DNA from: Candidatus Hydrogenedentales bacterium
GTDB lineage: Bacteria > Hydrogenedentota > Hydrogenedentia > Hydrogenedentales > JAEUWI01
Reading direction: 5' to 3'
Length of the DNA: 64,000 nt
Assembly (NCBI GenBank): GCA_942492815.1
Contig: OW818658.1
Span: 5,208,125-5,272,124, forward strand
In this document: positions 50,857 to 61,270 of the stretch, in pieces
How positions within the stretch are numbered: position 1 is the stretch's first letter
How the letters are laid out: each line of letters begins with the position of its first letter
Position numbers and translations under genes: made by a program
The notes under the pieces: model-generated
Told to the model about the DNA's origin: nothing
Database searches by the model: none
What the model saw: the letters and a program-made list of their open reading frames with translations, nothing else

Positions 50857-51699
50857 TTACGCGCCCCACTTCTCGCGGATCATCTTCAGGCCGTTCGTGG
50901 CGAGGTACTCTTCGCTCGGAGCCATGACGCGCCAGATGCAGGTGGCACCGGCAAGATCGGGGATCCAGGAGCCAAAGGCTTCGATTACCATCCAGCCGTC
51001 GTAGCCGATTTCCTTGAGTGCCGCGAAGCAGGTGTCGTAGTCGATGTGGTCGTCGCCGGGTGTCGCACGGTCGTTCGCGGAGATATGCACGTGGTTGATG
51101 CAGTTGCCACCGGCGCGGATCGCCTCGGCGAAATTCTTCTCTTCGATGTTGGCGTGGAAGGTGTCGAACATCTCCCCCACCGCTTCGATGCCAACGGCGC
51201 GCACAAGATTCGCGGAATCCGCCTGGGTGTTGAGGAAATACGTCTCGAAGCGGTTCAAGGGCTCGATGGCGAGTTTGATGCCTTTCTCCGTGGCGTGGGC
51301 ACCCACTTCACGGAAGCCTTGGATCGCGCGATCCATTTCATCAGGCACGGGGCCGCGTCCGATGAGCCGACCCACCGGGCTGTACAGGGGGCCGCAGAGG
51401 GCCTCGGCGCCCAGCACCACACAAGCGTCTATGCAGGCTTTGAGATGGACGACAGCCGCCTTGCGCTCGCCTTCGTCTTCACCGATCAGGTTCGTGCCGG
51501 CGGGCAACACCGTCACCGCCGTCCGGCCCAGGCCCAGCGCGTCGCACTTGGCGGCCAGCTTAGCCCAGGGGGATCCATCGGCCGAAAACATGGGAAACTC
51601 CACGCCGTCGAAGCCCCAGCCTTTGATCTGTTCCAGCAGGGGCAGGTGGCTCTCGTCCGCGCCACCGGTCCACAGCAACAAGTTCATCCCGACTTTCAT
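50857..51699 (-). CDS. Sugar phosphate isomerase/epimerase (xylose-isomerase-like TIM barrel)
   Basis: 280 aa; TIM-barrel family pattern (...AIEPLNRFETYFLNT..., ...HVHISANDR...). Confidence 0.85.
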   Translation of the reverse strand: MKVGMNLLLWTGGADESHLPLLEQIKGWGFDGVEFPMFSADGSPWAKLAAKCDALGLGRTAVTVLPAGTNLIGEDEGERKAAVVHLKACIDACVVLGAEALCGPLYSPVGRLIGRGPVPDEMDRAIQGFREVGAHATEKGIKLAIEPLNRFETYFLNTQADSANLVRAVGIEAVGEMFDTFHANIEEKNFAEAIRAGGNCINHVHISANDRATPGDDHIDYDTCFAALKEIGYDGWMVIEAFGSWIPDLAGATCIWRVMAPSEEYLATNGLKMIREKWGA

Positions 51700-51831
51700 G
51701 GGTTATTCTCCTTCTTGAGGGTGCGTCCATCTTTGGAGCGCCCGGGTCTCTTGGGTATGCCCGGCGAGCGGAATCGCCGCCCGCCGAAGGGCCCCGTCAC
51801 TATACGGATGGCCGGGGCTGAAGGCAAACTT

Positions 51832-51924
51832 GAAGGATGAAGGTTAAAGGATGAAGGTTAAAGGATGAAGTATGAAGTGAGCGAGGAACCGCACCCGTTC
51901 TTCAGCCTTCATCCTTCATCCTTC
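51832..51924. promoter_or_regulatory. Direct repeats AAGGATGAAGGTTA (x2.5) facing inverted CTTCATCC repeats in a divergent promoter region
   Basis: GAAGGATGAAGGTTAAAGGATGAAGGTTAAAGGATGAAG ... CTTCATCCTTCATCCTTC between the isomerase start and the PSCyt-family gene start. Confidence 0.45.
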
Positions 51925-52116
51925 AAATTTCATCCAACCCTACCAATTGGTCAGATCGGGCAAATACGACCCGATCCTCGCCATTTTACCATGACACCGG
52001 TGTCTTACGCAGTTTTATTGATATTTTGGCGAAGTCCATCAAAGAAAACTTTATTTCTCCTTGCAACTTTTCCCACCAATAGGGGATGATATACAGAATA
52101 ACGTAGGAGTAGCATC

Positions 52117-55100
52117 TTGAAGTACCACCTGACGATTGACCATCCCGAACGGCTTGCCCGATGTATCGCCGCCTTGGCCGCGCTGGCGTGCTCTGTGAGT
52201 ACGCGAGCGGCGGAGCCGTCCCCCGAAGCCATCGAGTTTTTTGAGACCAAGGTCCGCCCCGTGTTGGCGGACCGTTGTTTTAAGTGCCATGGCCCCGAGA
52301 CGCAAAAAGCGGGGGTGCGCCTCGACGCACGCTCGGCCATGCTGGCGGGCGGCGAGGGTGGTCCGGTCTTGTTGGAGGGCGATCAAGCGGCGAACAGCCG
52401 CATCCTCCAGGTCATCAAGTATGACACCCAGACAAAGATGCCTCCCGATGGTAAATTGGCGCAGGAGGAAATCGACGCCCTTACACAATGGGTGACGATG
52501 GGTAGCCCGTGGCCGGGTGGCGAGGAAGTGCTGGCGGCGAACAAATCCACGGCATGGGCGGATCGCATGGCGGCCGCCAAAGCCTCCCACTGGTCTTACC
52601 AGCCGGTTAACTTGCCCAGCGCGCCGGAGGTTACGGCGAAAGATTGGGCCCAGACGCCCATCGACCAGTTCATCCTGGCGCAGATCGAAGGGAAACAGAT
52701 TACGCCTTCGCCCAAGGCGGACAAGCGCACGTTGATCCGACGGGCGTACATGGATCTCACGGGCCTCGCCCCTACGATGGACGAGGTGCGGGCCTTTGAG
52801 GCGGATGAAAGCCCCGAGGCCTTCGAAAAAGTTATCGAGCAGTTGCTGGCATCACCGCGCTATGGCGAACGCTGGGGCCGTCACTGGTTGGACGTGGCGC
52901 GCTATGCGGACTCGAAAGGCTATGTGTTTCAGGAGGAGCGGAGCTTCGGCTTTTCCCACACCTACCGCGACTATGTCGTTCGCGCCTTCAATGAAGACCT
53001 GCCCTACAACACCTTCCTGAAACAGCAACTCGCTGCGGACCTGATGGATCTGGGCGAGGACAAGCGTCCCCTGGCCGCGCTGGGCTATCTCTCGCTGGGC
53101 CGTCGCTTCGTGGGCAATATTCACGACATCACCGATGACCGCATCGACGTGGTCATGCGGGGCATGCAGGGCCTCACGGTTTCCTGTGCGCGCTGCCACG
53201 ATCACAAGTACGACGCCATTTCCGCGGCGGACTATTACGGCCTCTACGGTATCTTCCGCAGCTCCACAGAGCCCGCGGAGTTGCCGCTGATCGAGGAGCC
53301 GAATCCCGACGATCCGAAGTATCAGGAGTTCCTTGCCGAGTTCAACCGCAAGCAGGCGGAAAAAGAGGCGCTGGTAGATCAGATCCAGGGCGACCTGCTG
53401 ACCCACTGTCGGGACCAGATTGGCACCTATCTGACGGCGGCCCACAAGGCCTGGGATATGGATGACCCGACGCTGCGGGTACTGGCTGCGGATCTGAAAG
53501 TGAAGTGGCAGGTCGTGACGCGCTGGCGCGATCACCTGAAAGCCCAGTCGGCCAATCCCCACCCCGTGCTCGGCCCGTGGTTCGCCTACCGCGCCCTGCC
53601 CGAAGCGGAGTTCGCCGCAAAGAGCCCCGAACTGGCCGCGCAGATTGCGGGCAAATCCCTCAACGGTGATGAAGTGAACCCGCGCATTGCCAAAAGCTTT
53701 GAAGGCGAAGCGCCGAAGACCATGGACGAGGTCACCCAGCGCTACGTGGACGCGCTCCGCGATGCCTCGAAGGATTGGGCGGACCTGCTGGCCTCCCGGC
53801 AGCAGATTGCGCTGAACAATCCCGAGCGCGCGGGTGAAGCGCCCCAGGCATTACCCGACCTCAACCAGGAGGCCGTGCGGCAGGTCCTCTTCGCGAAGGA
53901 CAGCCCCGCCAACATTCCCCGGGGCGATGTCTGGAATCTGAGTGAAGTGCCGATTCAGGGCCAGTTACGGGACAAGGACAACGCGATCACACGGGTGAAA
54001 AATACCCACCCCGGCCGCCCGAATCGGGCCATGGCGCTGGTGGACGGCGAGCTGTTCAATCCCTATGTATTCCGTCGCGGCCAGCCCGGCAGCAAGGGCG
54101 ACGATGTACCCCGGAAATTTCTCGATGTGCTCTCCACGCCCGCGTCCCAGCCTTATACGAATGGAAGCGGTCGCCTCGAACTCGCGAACGCGATTGCCAC
54201 GCACGAAAACCCCCTGACCGCGCGGGTGATGGTGAATCGAGTCTGGATGCACCACTTCGGCCGCCCGCTCGTGGGTACCCCGAGCGATTTCGGCGCGCGA
54301 AGCGATCTGCCCACCCACCCGGAATTGCTCGACTATCTCGCGAGCGAGTTCATGGCGGGCAACTGGTCGGTGAAGAATCTCCACCGGATGATCATGCGCT
54401 CGGCGGTGTATCAGCAGCAGAGCCTCGCCCGGCCCGACGGTGAAGTCGCCGATCCGGAGAACCGGCTGCTATGGCGGCAGAACCGGCAGCGCCTGGGCTT
54501 TGAGTCCATGCGCGATGGCGTGCTCCTGGCCGCAGGCCGGCTTGACACGACCATGGGCGGCGAAGGGGTATCGATTGTGGATGCCCCCTTCTCCACGCGC
54601 CGCACGATCTACGGCGAGGTGGAGCGCCAGAACCTGCCGGCGGTATTCCGCACCTTCGACTTTGCGAGCCCGGACATTCACACGCCCATGCGCGTGAACA
54701 CGACCGTGCCCCAGCAGGCCCTATTTCTCATGAACAGCCCCTTCCTCGTGGAGCAGGCCGAGCAACTTGCCGCGCGGGACGCGATCGCGCAGAAGGCGAC
54801 GCCCGAAGAGCGCATCGCCGCACTGTACCAAGCGGTCTTCCAACGCGATCCCGCGCCGGACGAGATCGCGCTGGGCAAGCGTTTTGTGGAGCACCAGGAG
54901 ACCTCCTCCCCCGATGAGTTCTCCCATCCGCGCTGGCAGTATGGCTATGGCGCGATAAACGGCGATACCGGCGCGCTGAATTCCTTCACAGCCATGCCCC
55001 ACTTCACGGGCACGGCGTGGCAGGGCGGCCCGACCCTTCCCGACCCGGTAAGCAACTGGGCCTCGCTGAATTCTCACGGCGGACATCCTGGCCCGGCGGG

Positions 55101-55527
55101 CTTTGCGGTGGTCCGGCGCTGGACCGCGCCTTATGACGCGACGATTGCCATGGACGGCGATTTGAAGCACGGCTCCGCCGAAGGCGATGGCGTCTTCGCT
55201 TCCGCCGTGGCCTCGAACGGCCAGGTGCTGTGGCGCGGAAGCGCCCACAACAACAGCACGGCAAGCATCTTTGAAACCCTCGAGGTAAAGGCGGGTGACA
55301 CGATCGACCTGGTGGTCGATTGCGGCGCGAGCCAGGACTTCGATTCCTTCACATGGCACCCGCGTATACACGTGCTGGCGGCTGCGGATGGCGACACCAG
55401 CGCGGGCCGGGAAAGCGAATGGCGCTCCCGCCTGGGTTTCCAGGGACCGCCCCCGCCGCCCATCGAGCCCTGGGGGAAATATGCCCAGGTGCTGCTGATG
55501 TCGAATGAGTTTATGTTTGTGGATTGA
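52117..55527 (+). CDS. PSCyt1/PSCyt2(DUF1549)/PSD1(DUF1553) domain protein with c-type heme motif
   Basis: 1136 aa; signal peptide; CFKCH (CxxCH); DUF1549-type RRAYMDLTGLAPT; DUF1553-type SCARCHDHKYD. Confidence 0.9.
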   Translation: MKYHLTIDHPERLARCIAALAALACSVSTRAAEPSPEAIEFFETKVRPVLADRCFKCHGPETQKAGVRLDARSAMLAGGEGGPVLLEGDQAANSRILQVIKYDTQTKMPPDGKLAQEEIDALTQWVTMGSPWPGGEEVLAANKSTAWADRMAAAKASHWSYQPVNLPSAPEVTAKDWAQTPIDQFILAQIEGKQITPSPKADKRTLIRRAYMDLTGLAPTMDEVRAFEADESPEAFEKVIEQLLASPRYGERWGRHWLDVARYADSKGYVFQEERSFGFSHTYRDYVVRAFNEDLPYNTFLKQQLAADLMDLGEDKRPLAALGYLSLGRRFVGNIHDITDDRIDVVMRGMQGLTVSCARCHDHKYDAISAADYYGLYGIFRSSTEPAELPLIEEPNPDDPKYQEFLAEFNRKQAEKEALVDQIQGDLLTHCRDQIGTYLTAAHKAWDMDDPTLRVLAADLKVKWQVVTRWRDHLKAQSANPHPVLGPWFAYRALPEAEFAAKSPELAAQIAGKSLNGDEVNPRIAKSFEGEAPKTMDEVTQRYVDALRDASKDWADLLASRQQIALNNPERAGEAPQALPDLNQEAVRQVLFAKDSPANIPRGDVWNLSEVPIQGQLRDKDNAITRVKNTHPGRPNRAMALVDGELFNPYVFRRGQPGSKGDDVPRKFLDVLSTPASQPYTNGSGRLELANAIATHENPLTARVMVNRVWMHHFGRPLVGTPSDFGARSDLPTHPELLDYLASEFMAGNWSVKNLHRMIMRSAVYQQQSLARPDGEVADPENRLLWRQNRQRLGFESMRDGVLLAAGRLDTTMGGEGVSIVDAPFSTRRTIYGEVERQNLPAVFRTFDFASPDIHTPMRVNTTVPQQALFLMNSPFLVEQAEQLAARDAIAQKATPEERIAALYQAVFQRDPAPDEIALGKRFVEHQETSSPDEFSHPRWQYGYGAINGDTGALNSFTAMPHFTGTAWQGGPTLPDPVSNWASLNSHGGHPGPAGFAVVRRWTAPYDATIAMDGDLKHGSAEGDGVFASAVASNGQVLWRGSAHNNSTASIFETLEVKAGDTIDLVVDCGASQDFDSFTWHPRIHVLAAADGDTSAGRESEWRSRLGFQGPPPPPIEPWGKYAQVLLMSNEFMFVD

Positions 55528-55625
55528 GCGGGAGCACGGACATTCCTGTCCGTGTCCTCGTGCAACGGAGTTGCACGATACGCGGGTAAGAAAACCCGCG
55601 CTCCCGAGTACTGGAGTAAAACCAA

Positions 55626-57065
55626 ATGAGTCACCATAAACCAACCGCCGACGACTTCGTCTTAAACCGGCGCGATTTCCTCAAGCGCACCGGCATGGGC
55701 TTTGGCGCGATGGGCCTGGCCAGCACCCTGCTCGGCGGCAGCACGAACGCCTTCGGCGCGCTGAATCCCACCGCGCCGCAGCGGCCCCACTTCGAGGGCA
55801 AGGCGAAGCGCGTGGTCCATATCTTCCACAACGGCGGCCTCTCCCAGGTGGACTCCTTCGACCCGAAGCCCTCGCTGGCGAAGTACGCGGGCCAGAACCT
55901 GCCCAACTTGAATCTCCGCACGGAGCGGCCCACCGGTGCGGCTTTCCCTTCACCCTTCACCTTCAAGGAATATGGTGAGAGCCGCATTCCCGTGAGCAGT
56001 CTCTTCCCCCACCTGGGCGAGTGCGTGGACGACATGTGCATCGTGCGCTCCATGTGCGCGGACGTGCCGAATCACGAGCCGTCGCTGTTGTTGATGAATT
56101 GCGGCGACGCGCGCCAGATTAGGCCGAGCGTAGGCTCGTGGGTCACCTATGGCCTGGGCACGGAAAACCAGAATCTGCCCGGTTTCATCTCCATGTGCCC
56201 CAGCGGCTACCCGATCCAGGAGTCACAGAACTGGCAGTCGGGTTTCCTCCCCGGCGTGTACCAGGGCACCTACATAGATACGCAGCACACAGAGATGGAA
56301 AAGCTCATCGCCCACATCGAGAACAACTACCAGTCGAGCAAATCGCAGCGCGAACAACTCGACCTGCTCAGCGAATTAAACCACCGCCACCTCGCCGCAC
56401 GCGACCAGGACAGCGAACTGGAGACGCGCCTTCAGAGCTTCGAACTGGCCTACCGTATGCAGCTCGACGCAACGGACGCCTTCGACATTTCCCGCGAACC
56501 GGAAAGCATCCGCGAGATGTATGGGCCGGGCGTGCATGGGCGTCAGTGTCTCATCACGCGGCGGCTGCTGGAGCGGGGCGTGCGCTTCATCCAGCTCTGG
56601 CACGGCGCGGGCCAGCCCTGGGACAGCCACGACGACATCGAGAAACTCCACGGCAACCTCGCGAAGGAATGCGATCAGGGCATCGCGGCGCTTTTGAAGG
56701 ATTTGAAACAGCGCGGCATGCTGGACGAGACGCTGGTGCTTTGCACGGGCGAATTCGGCCGCACGCCCACCGTCGAACTGCCCACGCCCGGCGCAAACGC
56801 GGGCAAAGTGAACGGCCGCGATCACAACCACTACGGCTTCACAGCCTGGATGGCGGGCGGCGGCGTGAAGGGCGGCCACATCCACGGCGCGACGGACGAG
56901 TTCGGCTTCCAGGCGGTGGAAAACCGGGTCCACGTCCACGACCTCCACGCGACGATGCTCCACTTACTGGGCTTTGACCACGAAAAACTGACCTACCGCT
57001 ACGCGGGCCGCGATTTCCGACTGACGGACGTACACGGGCACGTCGTGCGGGACATTATTGCGTAG
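55626..57065 (+). CDS. DUF1501 domain protein (sulfatase-like fold) with twin-arginine signal
   Basis: 479 aa; Tat motif NRRDFLKRTGMGFGAMGLA; canonical partner of the DUF1549/DUF1553 protein. Confidence 0.9.
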   Translation: MSHHKPTADDFVLNRRDFLKRTGMGFGAMGLASTLLGGSTNAFGALNPTAPQRPHFEGKAKRVVHIFHNGGLSQVDSFDPKPSLAKYAGQNLPNLNLRTERPTGAAFPSPFTFKEYGESRIPVSSLFPHLGECVDDMCIVRSMCADVPNHEPSLLLMNCGDARQIRPSVGSWVTYGLGTENQNLPGFISMCPSGYPIQESQNWQSGFLPGVYQGTYIDTQHTEMEKLIAHIENNYQSSKSQREQLDLLSELNHRHLAARDQDSELETRLQSFELAYRMQLDATDAFDISREPESIREMYGPGVHGRQCLITRRLLERGVRFIQLWHGAGQPWDSHDDIEKLHGNLAKECDQGIAALLKDLKQRGMLDETLVLCTGEFGRTPTVELPTPGANAGKVNGRDHNHYGFTAWMAGGGVKGGHIHGATDEFGFQAVENRVHVHDLHATMLHLLGFDHEKLTYRYAGRDFRLTDVHGHVVRDIIA

Positions 57066-57073
57066 GGGTACCA

Positions 57074-57720
57074 GGGGACGTACCGCCGCAAAGGCACTTG
57101 GGCAGACGCGGTAAACACGAATCGTCATTGCCACTCGATAGGGACAAAGCCCGCTCTGGTGCGGCGGCATGTCCCGGTGGATGTTGCAACGTGACGTGAA
57201 CACTTCGCGAAGCTTTCGGTAATGGACCCGGTGGATGAAGCCCGACTGGATCCACAAAAACGGTGATGTGGAGCGTTCGCGTGTACTCCACACTTCCACT
57301 GGGACAGGCACGCGCGTTGTCGTAAACTTTGCTCGTATTCGTCATCCTGAATAATCAATATGAACCACGCCCGCAGTAGTCGTGGGCGCGAGTCCGTCCC
57401 CGGGGACGTACCGCCGCAAAGGCACTTGGGCAGACGCGGTAAACACGAATCGCCATGCACACTCGATTTTGACAAAGCACGCTCTGGTGCGGCGGCATGT
57501 CCCTGTGGATGTAGAATCATGACGTGAACGCAACATGTAGTCAACTTGCGGAGAACGCTCGACCGGATTCGCAAAATCGGCGATCTGGAGCGTTCACGCG
57601 CCTTTCGCACATCCACTGGGACGGGCACGCGCGTTGTAAGGTACTTTGCCCACATTCGTCATCCTGAATACTTCAATGTGCACCCCGCTCGCAGTAGTCG
57701 TGGGCGCGAGTCCGTCCCCC
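57074..57720. repeat. Family-2 structured repeat, two tandem units (~328 + 319 bp)
   Basis: Both units start GGGGACGTACCGCCGCAAAGGCACTTGGGCAGACGCGGTAAACACGAATCG and end CGCAGTAGTCGTGGGCGCGAGTCCGTCCCC; shared boxes with 50337-50855. Confidence 0.8.
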
Positions 57721-57721
57721 G

Positions 57722-60700
57722 TCAGCCGCTCAGCGCATGAACAAACAACGTCTGCTTCGCCACTTTCGCTTTTGCCAACTCTACCAGATGCTGGTGGTGT
57801 GTAAAGTAAATCACCTGGGTGCGCTCGGACAGCGTGGCGAGCACGTCGAGTGCGGCGGTCGCGCGGGCGTCGTCGAAGTTCACGAGGATGTCGTCGAGAA
57901 TGAAGGGAATGGGCGCGTGGCGTTCGAGGTGGCGCTCCAGGCTGGCAATGCGCAGGGCCAGATAGAGCTGGTCCGCCGTGCCCTCGCTCATGCCCGCCAC
58001 TTCGACAAGCGATGCAGTTTCCGCGCGAACACCGAGGAGCACGTGGCGATCCCGATCATCCACATCGGCGCGAAGCTCCGCGAAAGATCCCAGCGTCAAC
58101 GTCTGAAAGATTTCACCCGCCCGGGAGAGCAACGGCTCCTGATTCGCCGCTCGGTAACGCTCGATAGCGCGATTCAGCGTGAAGTGGGCGACCCTAAGAC
58201 GGGCATACTCTTCGGCATCTTCCGCAATAGTCGCAATGAGGGACTGGGTCTCCACCGCCGCATCGGCGGCCTGGCTTCCGCCGTTCATCTGGGCCAGTCT
58301 GTTCTCGAGTGTGCCGATAGAGATAAGCAATGCGTCGTGTTCTATTTTCAACTCATCCAGTCGCTCTTCAAGTGCCAGCAGGGCTGGCATGAGAGCGTCT
58401 GAATCTTCCGCCGCCACCAACTCGTCTATGGACGCTATTGCAATCCCAGGGTACAGGACAAGGAGGCGCTTTTCGATATCGCGCAGTGCGTCCTCGATTC
58501 GCTGCCGCTCGTTGGAGCCCTTTTCAGCGTCGGGCAGCGCGGCGGCATCTTCCACGCGCGCTTCGACGCACAACGCGGCTAACTCACCTTCCGCGCGTGC
58601 CAGAGCCGCCTCGGCGGCGCGATGGCGCTCCTCTTCATCGTGCAATTGCTTCGTCAAGCGTTTCTGCTCGCCATTGGCCTCGCGATTCTGCTTCAATGCC
58701 TGATAGAGGGCCCGCACGATGGCGTATTCGTCCCCTTCGACCGCCAGTCCAACAGTCGATGCCAGGGCCCGCGCTTCGCTACGAAAATTTGCGTCGTCGC
58801 GCAGGATGAAATCCACGCGCTGCTGAAGCTCCACTGAACTTGCGTGCTTCGTCAGAACCTCGTCGATCGCCTCCACGATGGCGAGGGCTTCCGCGCCGAC
58901 GGCATCGGGACGGGCACCGATAGCCTGCATCATCGCGGACCAGGCATCGCGCCAGGCCTCCTCCTCTTCCCGCGCGCGGGCCAGGGCCCCTTCGGCGGCG
59001 GGGCAGTCGACGCGCTCGAGCTTGTCGAGCGTCTTTTCCATATGGGCACGTTGCTGGGTGATCTCGCGCTGTCGCGCCAGCGCGACCTCGGCGTGATCGA
59101 TCAGGGCCGCCAGCGACGATTCAGCAGGCAGGCAATCAAGGCCGCAGCCTTCGAGGACCGCCTCCAACTCGGCGCGCTGTGTAACGTTGGAGGCGCGCAA
59201 GGCCTTCAATGACTTCGCGGTTTCATGGAGCGCGGCGATCTCGGATTGAAGTGCATCGAAGGACTTGCGCCAGGCCGCCATCTCCGCCGGTGTACGGGGC
59301 TCGATATCGGCAGGCTGCCACAGAGCCTTCCACGCTTTTTCCAGCTTTTGATGGCTCGCGAGTGTGGCAGCATGGACGGCGTGCTGCTTCGCGCACTTCT
59401 CCCCAAGGGCCGCAACGGCGCTTTCCAGTTGCGCGCGCTGCGCCACGCGCTCCGCTTCCGTACGAAGGCGATCCGACAGCTCGTCAGCATCCGTCACGAG
59501 CGCCGCCACGGCATCGGCCAGATTCTGGACCTCGGGGTGGCGTGCGCGAACGTCTTCCACGATAGCGCTTGCTTCGGGAGTGGCGACCTGGTCGGGCGGC
59601 GTAGCCCCTTCCCAGGCGGCGCGGGCGAAGGCCCAACTCTGCTGACGCAGACCGCGGGCTTCCTCCAGTGCTTCGAGGGAAGGCGCGTGGTGCTCGCGCT
59701 GATAGGCCGCCAGATCGGATTCGGCCCGCGCCCGCTCCGCCTCGATCGCCGCCAACTGCTTCTCCGCCTCGGCGGCCGCGCGAATGGATTCGCCCATATC
59801 CAGGCGAAATTGCTCGATACTCTCCGCCGATGGCACGGAAAGGAGCTCCAAGGCCTCCATGGTGCCCGACCAATGTCCCAGACGCGCGATGCCCGACGCA
59901 ATCAATTGGTGAAGGCTCTCCGCGCGGGCTTCATGATCGCGCAGCGCACTTTCCCTGTCTCCCGACTGACGACTACGCTTCAAGGCGGCATCAAGGAGCG
60001 CGGTATCCGTGGCGACGCCCACAACGGCAAGTTCCGCCACGGCCAGTTCCCGTTGGCGTTGCAACTGATCGAGAGCGACGTTTGCGTGGTGCAGCCCATC
60101 GCGACAGGACTGGCCGCGCCGGTCCAGCTCCGCCAGGCGCTGCTTCTGTCCCGGCGGCAGGCGCAATTCTTCGGCCTGCTCAATCGACCAGTGAGGGCGC
60201 AGGTGATGCAGCGTGCGCTCCGCTTCATCCCGCAGGCGCGCCAGTTCGGGCGCGAGCTTGCGCTCGAGGTCGTTGCGCGCTTTTTCATTGACGCCGAGGT
60301 CCTGATGCAGCTTTTCGATCTCGTCTTCCCGCGCGAGCAGCAGGGCATTGACGTGAAGGGGCTCCAACTCCCGCTTCAACCGCGCAATGGCCGCGCCAGT
60401 CTGCACAAGGGTCTCGCCGGCATTCCGGGCGGCGGTCTGCGCGTGGATCCGCCGCTCGGAAAAATCCGGGGGCAACAAAACCGTTGCGGCCAGGGGCGCG
60501 AGGGCCTCCAGCAATGTAGCCCGTTGTGATACAAGCGGCAGGGCCTCGTGGATGCGCTTCAAGCGAGCCTGCTCCGCACGGGCCTCGCGGAGTCGATCGT
60601 CCAGTTCGGCGCGGCGCGCCTCGGCGGCCTTCCTTTCGCCATCCAGGGCTTCCCACTCGCGCGACGAGAGCTGCGCGAATTTCACCGTCTTGCGGGCAAT

Positions 60701-61270
60701 GGCGAGTCGAGCCAGCGCGCTATTGATGCGCGGCTTGGCAGCGCCGGGCTTGAAAAGCTCCCCCGCGTCGCTGTCGAGCTTCGCTAAGAGCGCGCGGAGG
60801 TGCCCCATGCCCGACGCGGCGGAGAAGAGGGCCTGCCCCACGTCCCCTTCGCCCTGCACAAGGGCCTGGCCGCCCTGGACCAACTGGTCGTGGGTCAAGC
60901 CGAAAAGATTGCGAAAGGCGTCCACATCGACTCCGCCGCTATAAGGCGCGAGGGCATCGTCGGGAAGCGCGGTCTTTTCGTCCTCCGCCAGGAGCGTGGC
61001 CTTGTTGCCCTTGCGGCGATAGAGGGTGATGCTTTGCTTTTCATTGGTGAGGGTCGCGCCGATGCGCAGCTCCGCCATGCGGTGGAGGAAGTCGTCCGCC
61101 GTGCGGGTCTCGATGCCGTAGAGCAGTTGGGTGATCGCGCGGAGGGTGGTGCTCTTGCCGGCCTCGTTGGGACCGTGGATCAGGTGGAGTCCTTCTTTGC
61201 CGCCGGAGAGGTCGAGGCTGCGATCGGTGAAGGCGCCGAAGGCCTTGAGGTGGAGCCGCTGGAGTTTCAC
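57722..61270 (-). CDS. SbcC/YhaN-like ATPase with long coiled-coil
   Basis: 1182 aa; N-terminal Walker A GPNEAGKST; long Ala/Glu/Arg/Leu-rich coiled-coil; C-terminal Walker B region ...IPFILDDILVNFDD. Confidence 0.85.
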   Translation of the reverse strand: MKLQRLHLKAFGAFTDRSLDLSGGKEGLHLIHGPNEAGKSTTLRAITQLLYGIETRTADDFLHRMAELRIGATLTNEKQSITLYRRKGNKATLLAEDEKTALPDDALAPYSGGVDVDAFRNLFGLTHDQLVQGGQALVQGEGDVGQALFSAASGMGHLRALLAKLDSDAGELFKPGAAKPRINSALARLAIARKTVKFAQLSSREWEALDGERKAAEARRAELDDRLREARAEQARLKRIHEALPLVSQRATLLEALAPLAATVLLPPDFSERRIHAQTAARNAGETLVQTGAAIARLKRELEPLHVNALLLAREDEIEKLHQDLGVNEKARNDLERKLAPELARLRDEAERTLHHLRPHWSIEQAEELRLPPGQKQRLAELDRRGQSCRDGLHHANVALDQLQRQRELAVAELAVVGVATDTALLDAALKRSRQSGDRESALRDHEARAESLHQLIASGIARLGHWSGTMEALELLSVPSAESIEQFRLDMGESIRAAAEAEKQLAAIEAERARAESDLAAYQREHHAPSLEALEEARGLRQQSWAFARAAWEGATPPDQVATPEASAIVEDVRARHPEVQNLADAVAALVTDADELSDRLRTEAERVAQRAQLESAVAALGEKCAKQHAVHAATLASHQKLEKAWKALWQPADIEPRTPAEMAAWRKSFDALQSEIAALHETAKSLKALRASNVTQRAELEAVLEGCGLDCLPAESSLAALIDHAEVALARQREITQQRAHMEKTLDKLERVDCPAAEGALARAREEEEAWRDAWSAMMQAIGARPDAVGAEALAIVEAIDEVLTKHASSVELQQRVDFILRDDANFRSEARALASTVGLAVEGDEYAIVRALYQALKQNREANGEQKRLTKQLHDEEERHRAAEAALARAEGELAALCVEARVEDAAALPDAEKGSNERQRIEDALRDIEKRLLVLYPGIAIASIDELVAAEDSDALMPALLALEERLDELKIEHDALLISIGTLENRLAQMNGGSQAADAAVETQSLIATIAEDAEEYARLRVAHFTLNRAIERYRAANQEPLLSRAGEIFQTLTLGSFAELRADVDDRDRHVLLGVRAETASLVEVAGMSEGTADQLYLALRIASLERHLERHAPIPFILDDILVNFDDARATAALDVLATLSERTQVIYFTHHQHLVELAKAKVAKQTLFVHALSG

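Noticed and set aside
50337-57720. Possible CRISPR arrays at the tandem repeat regions (50337-50855, 57074-57720)
   Set aside because: Repeat units are 260-330 bp and near-identical over their whole length, not 25-40-bp repeats alternating with unique spacers; no cas genes in the window
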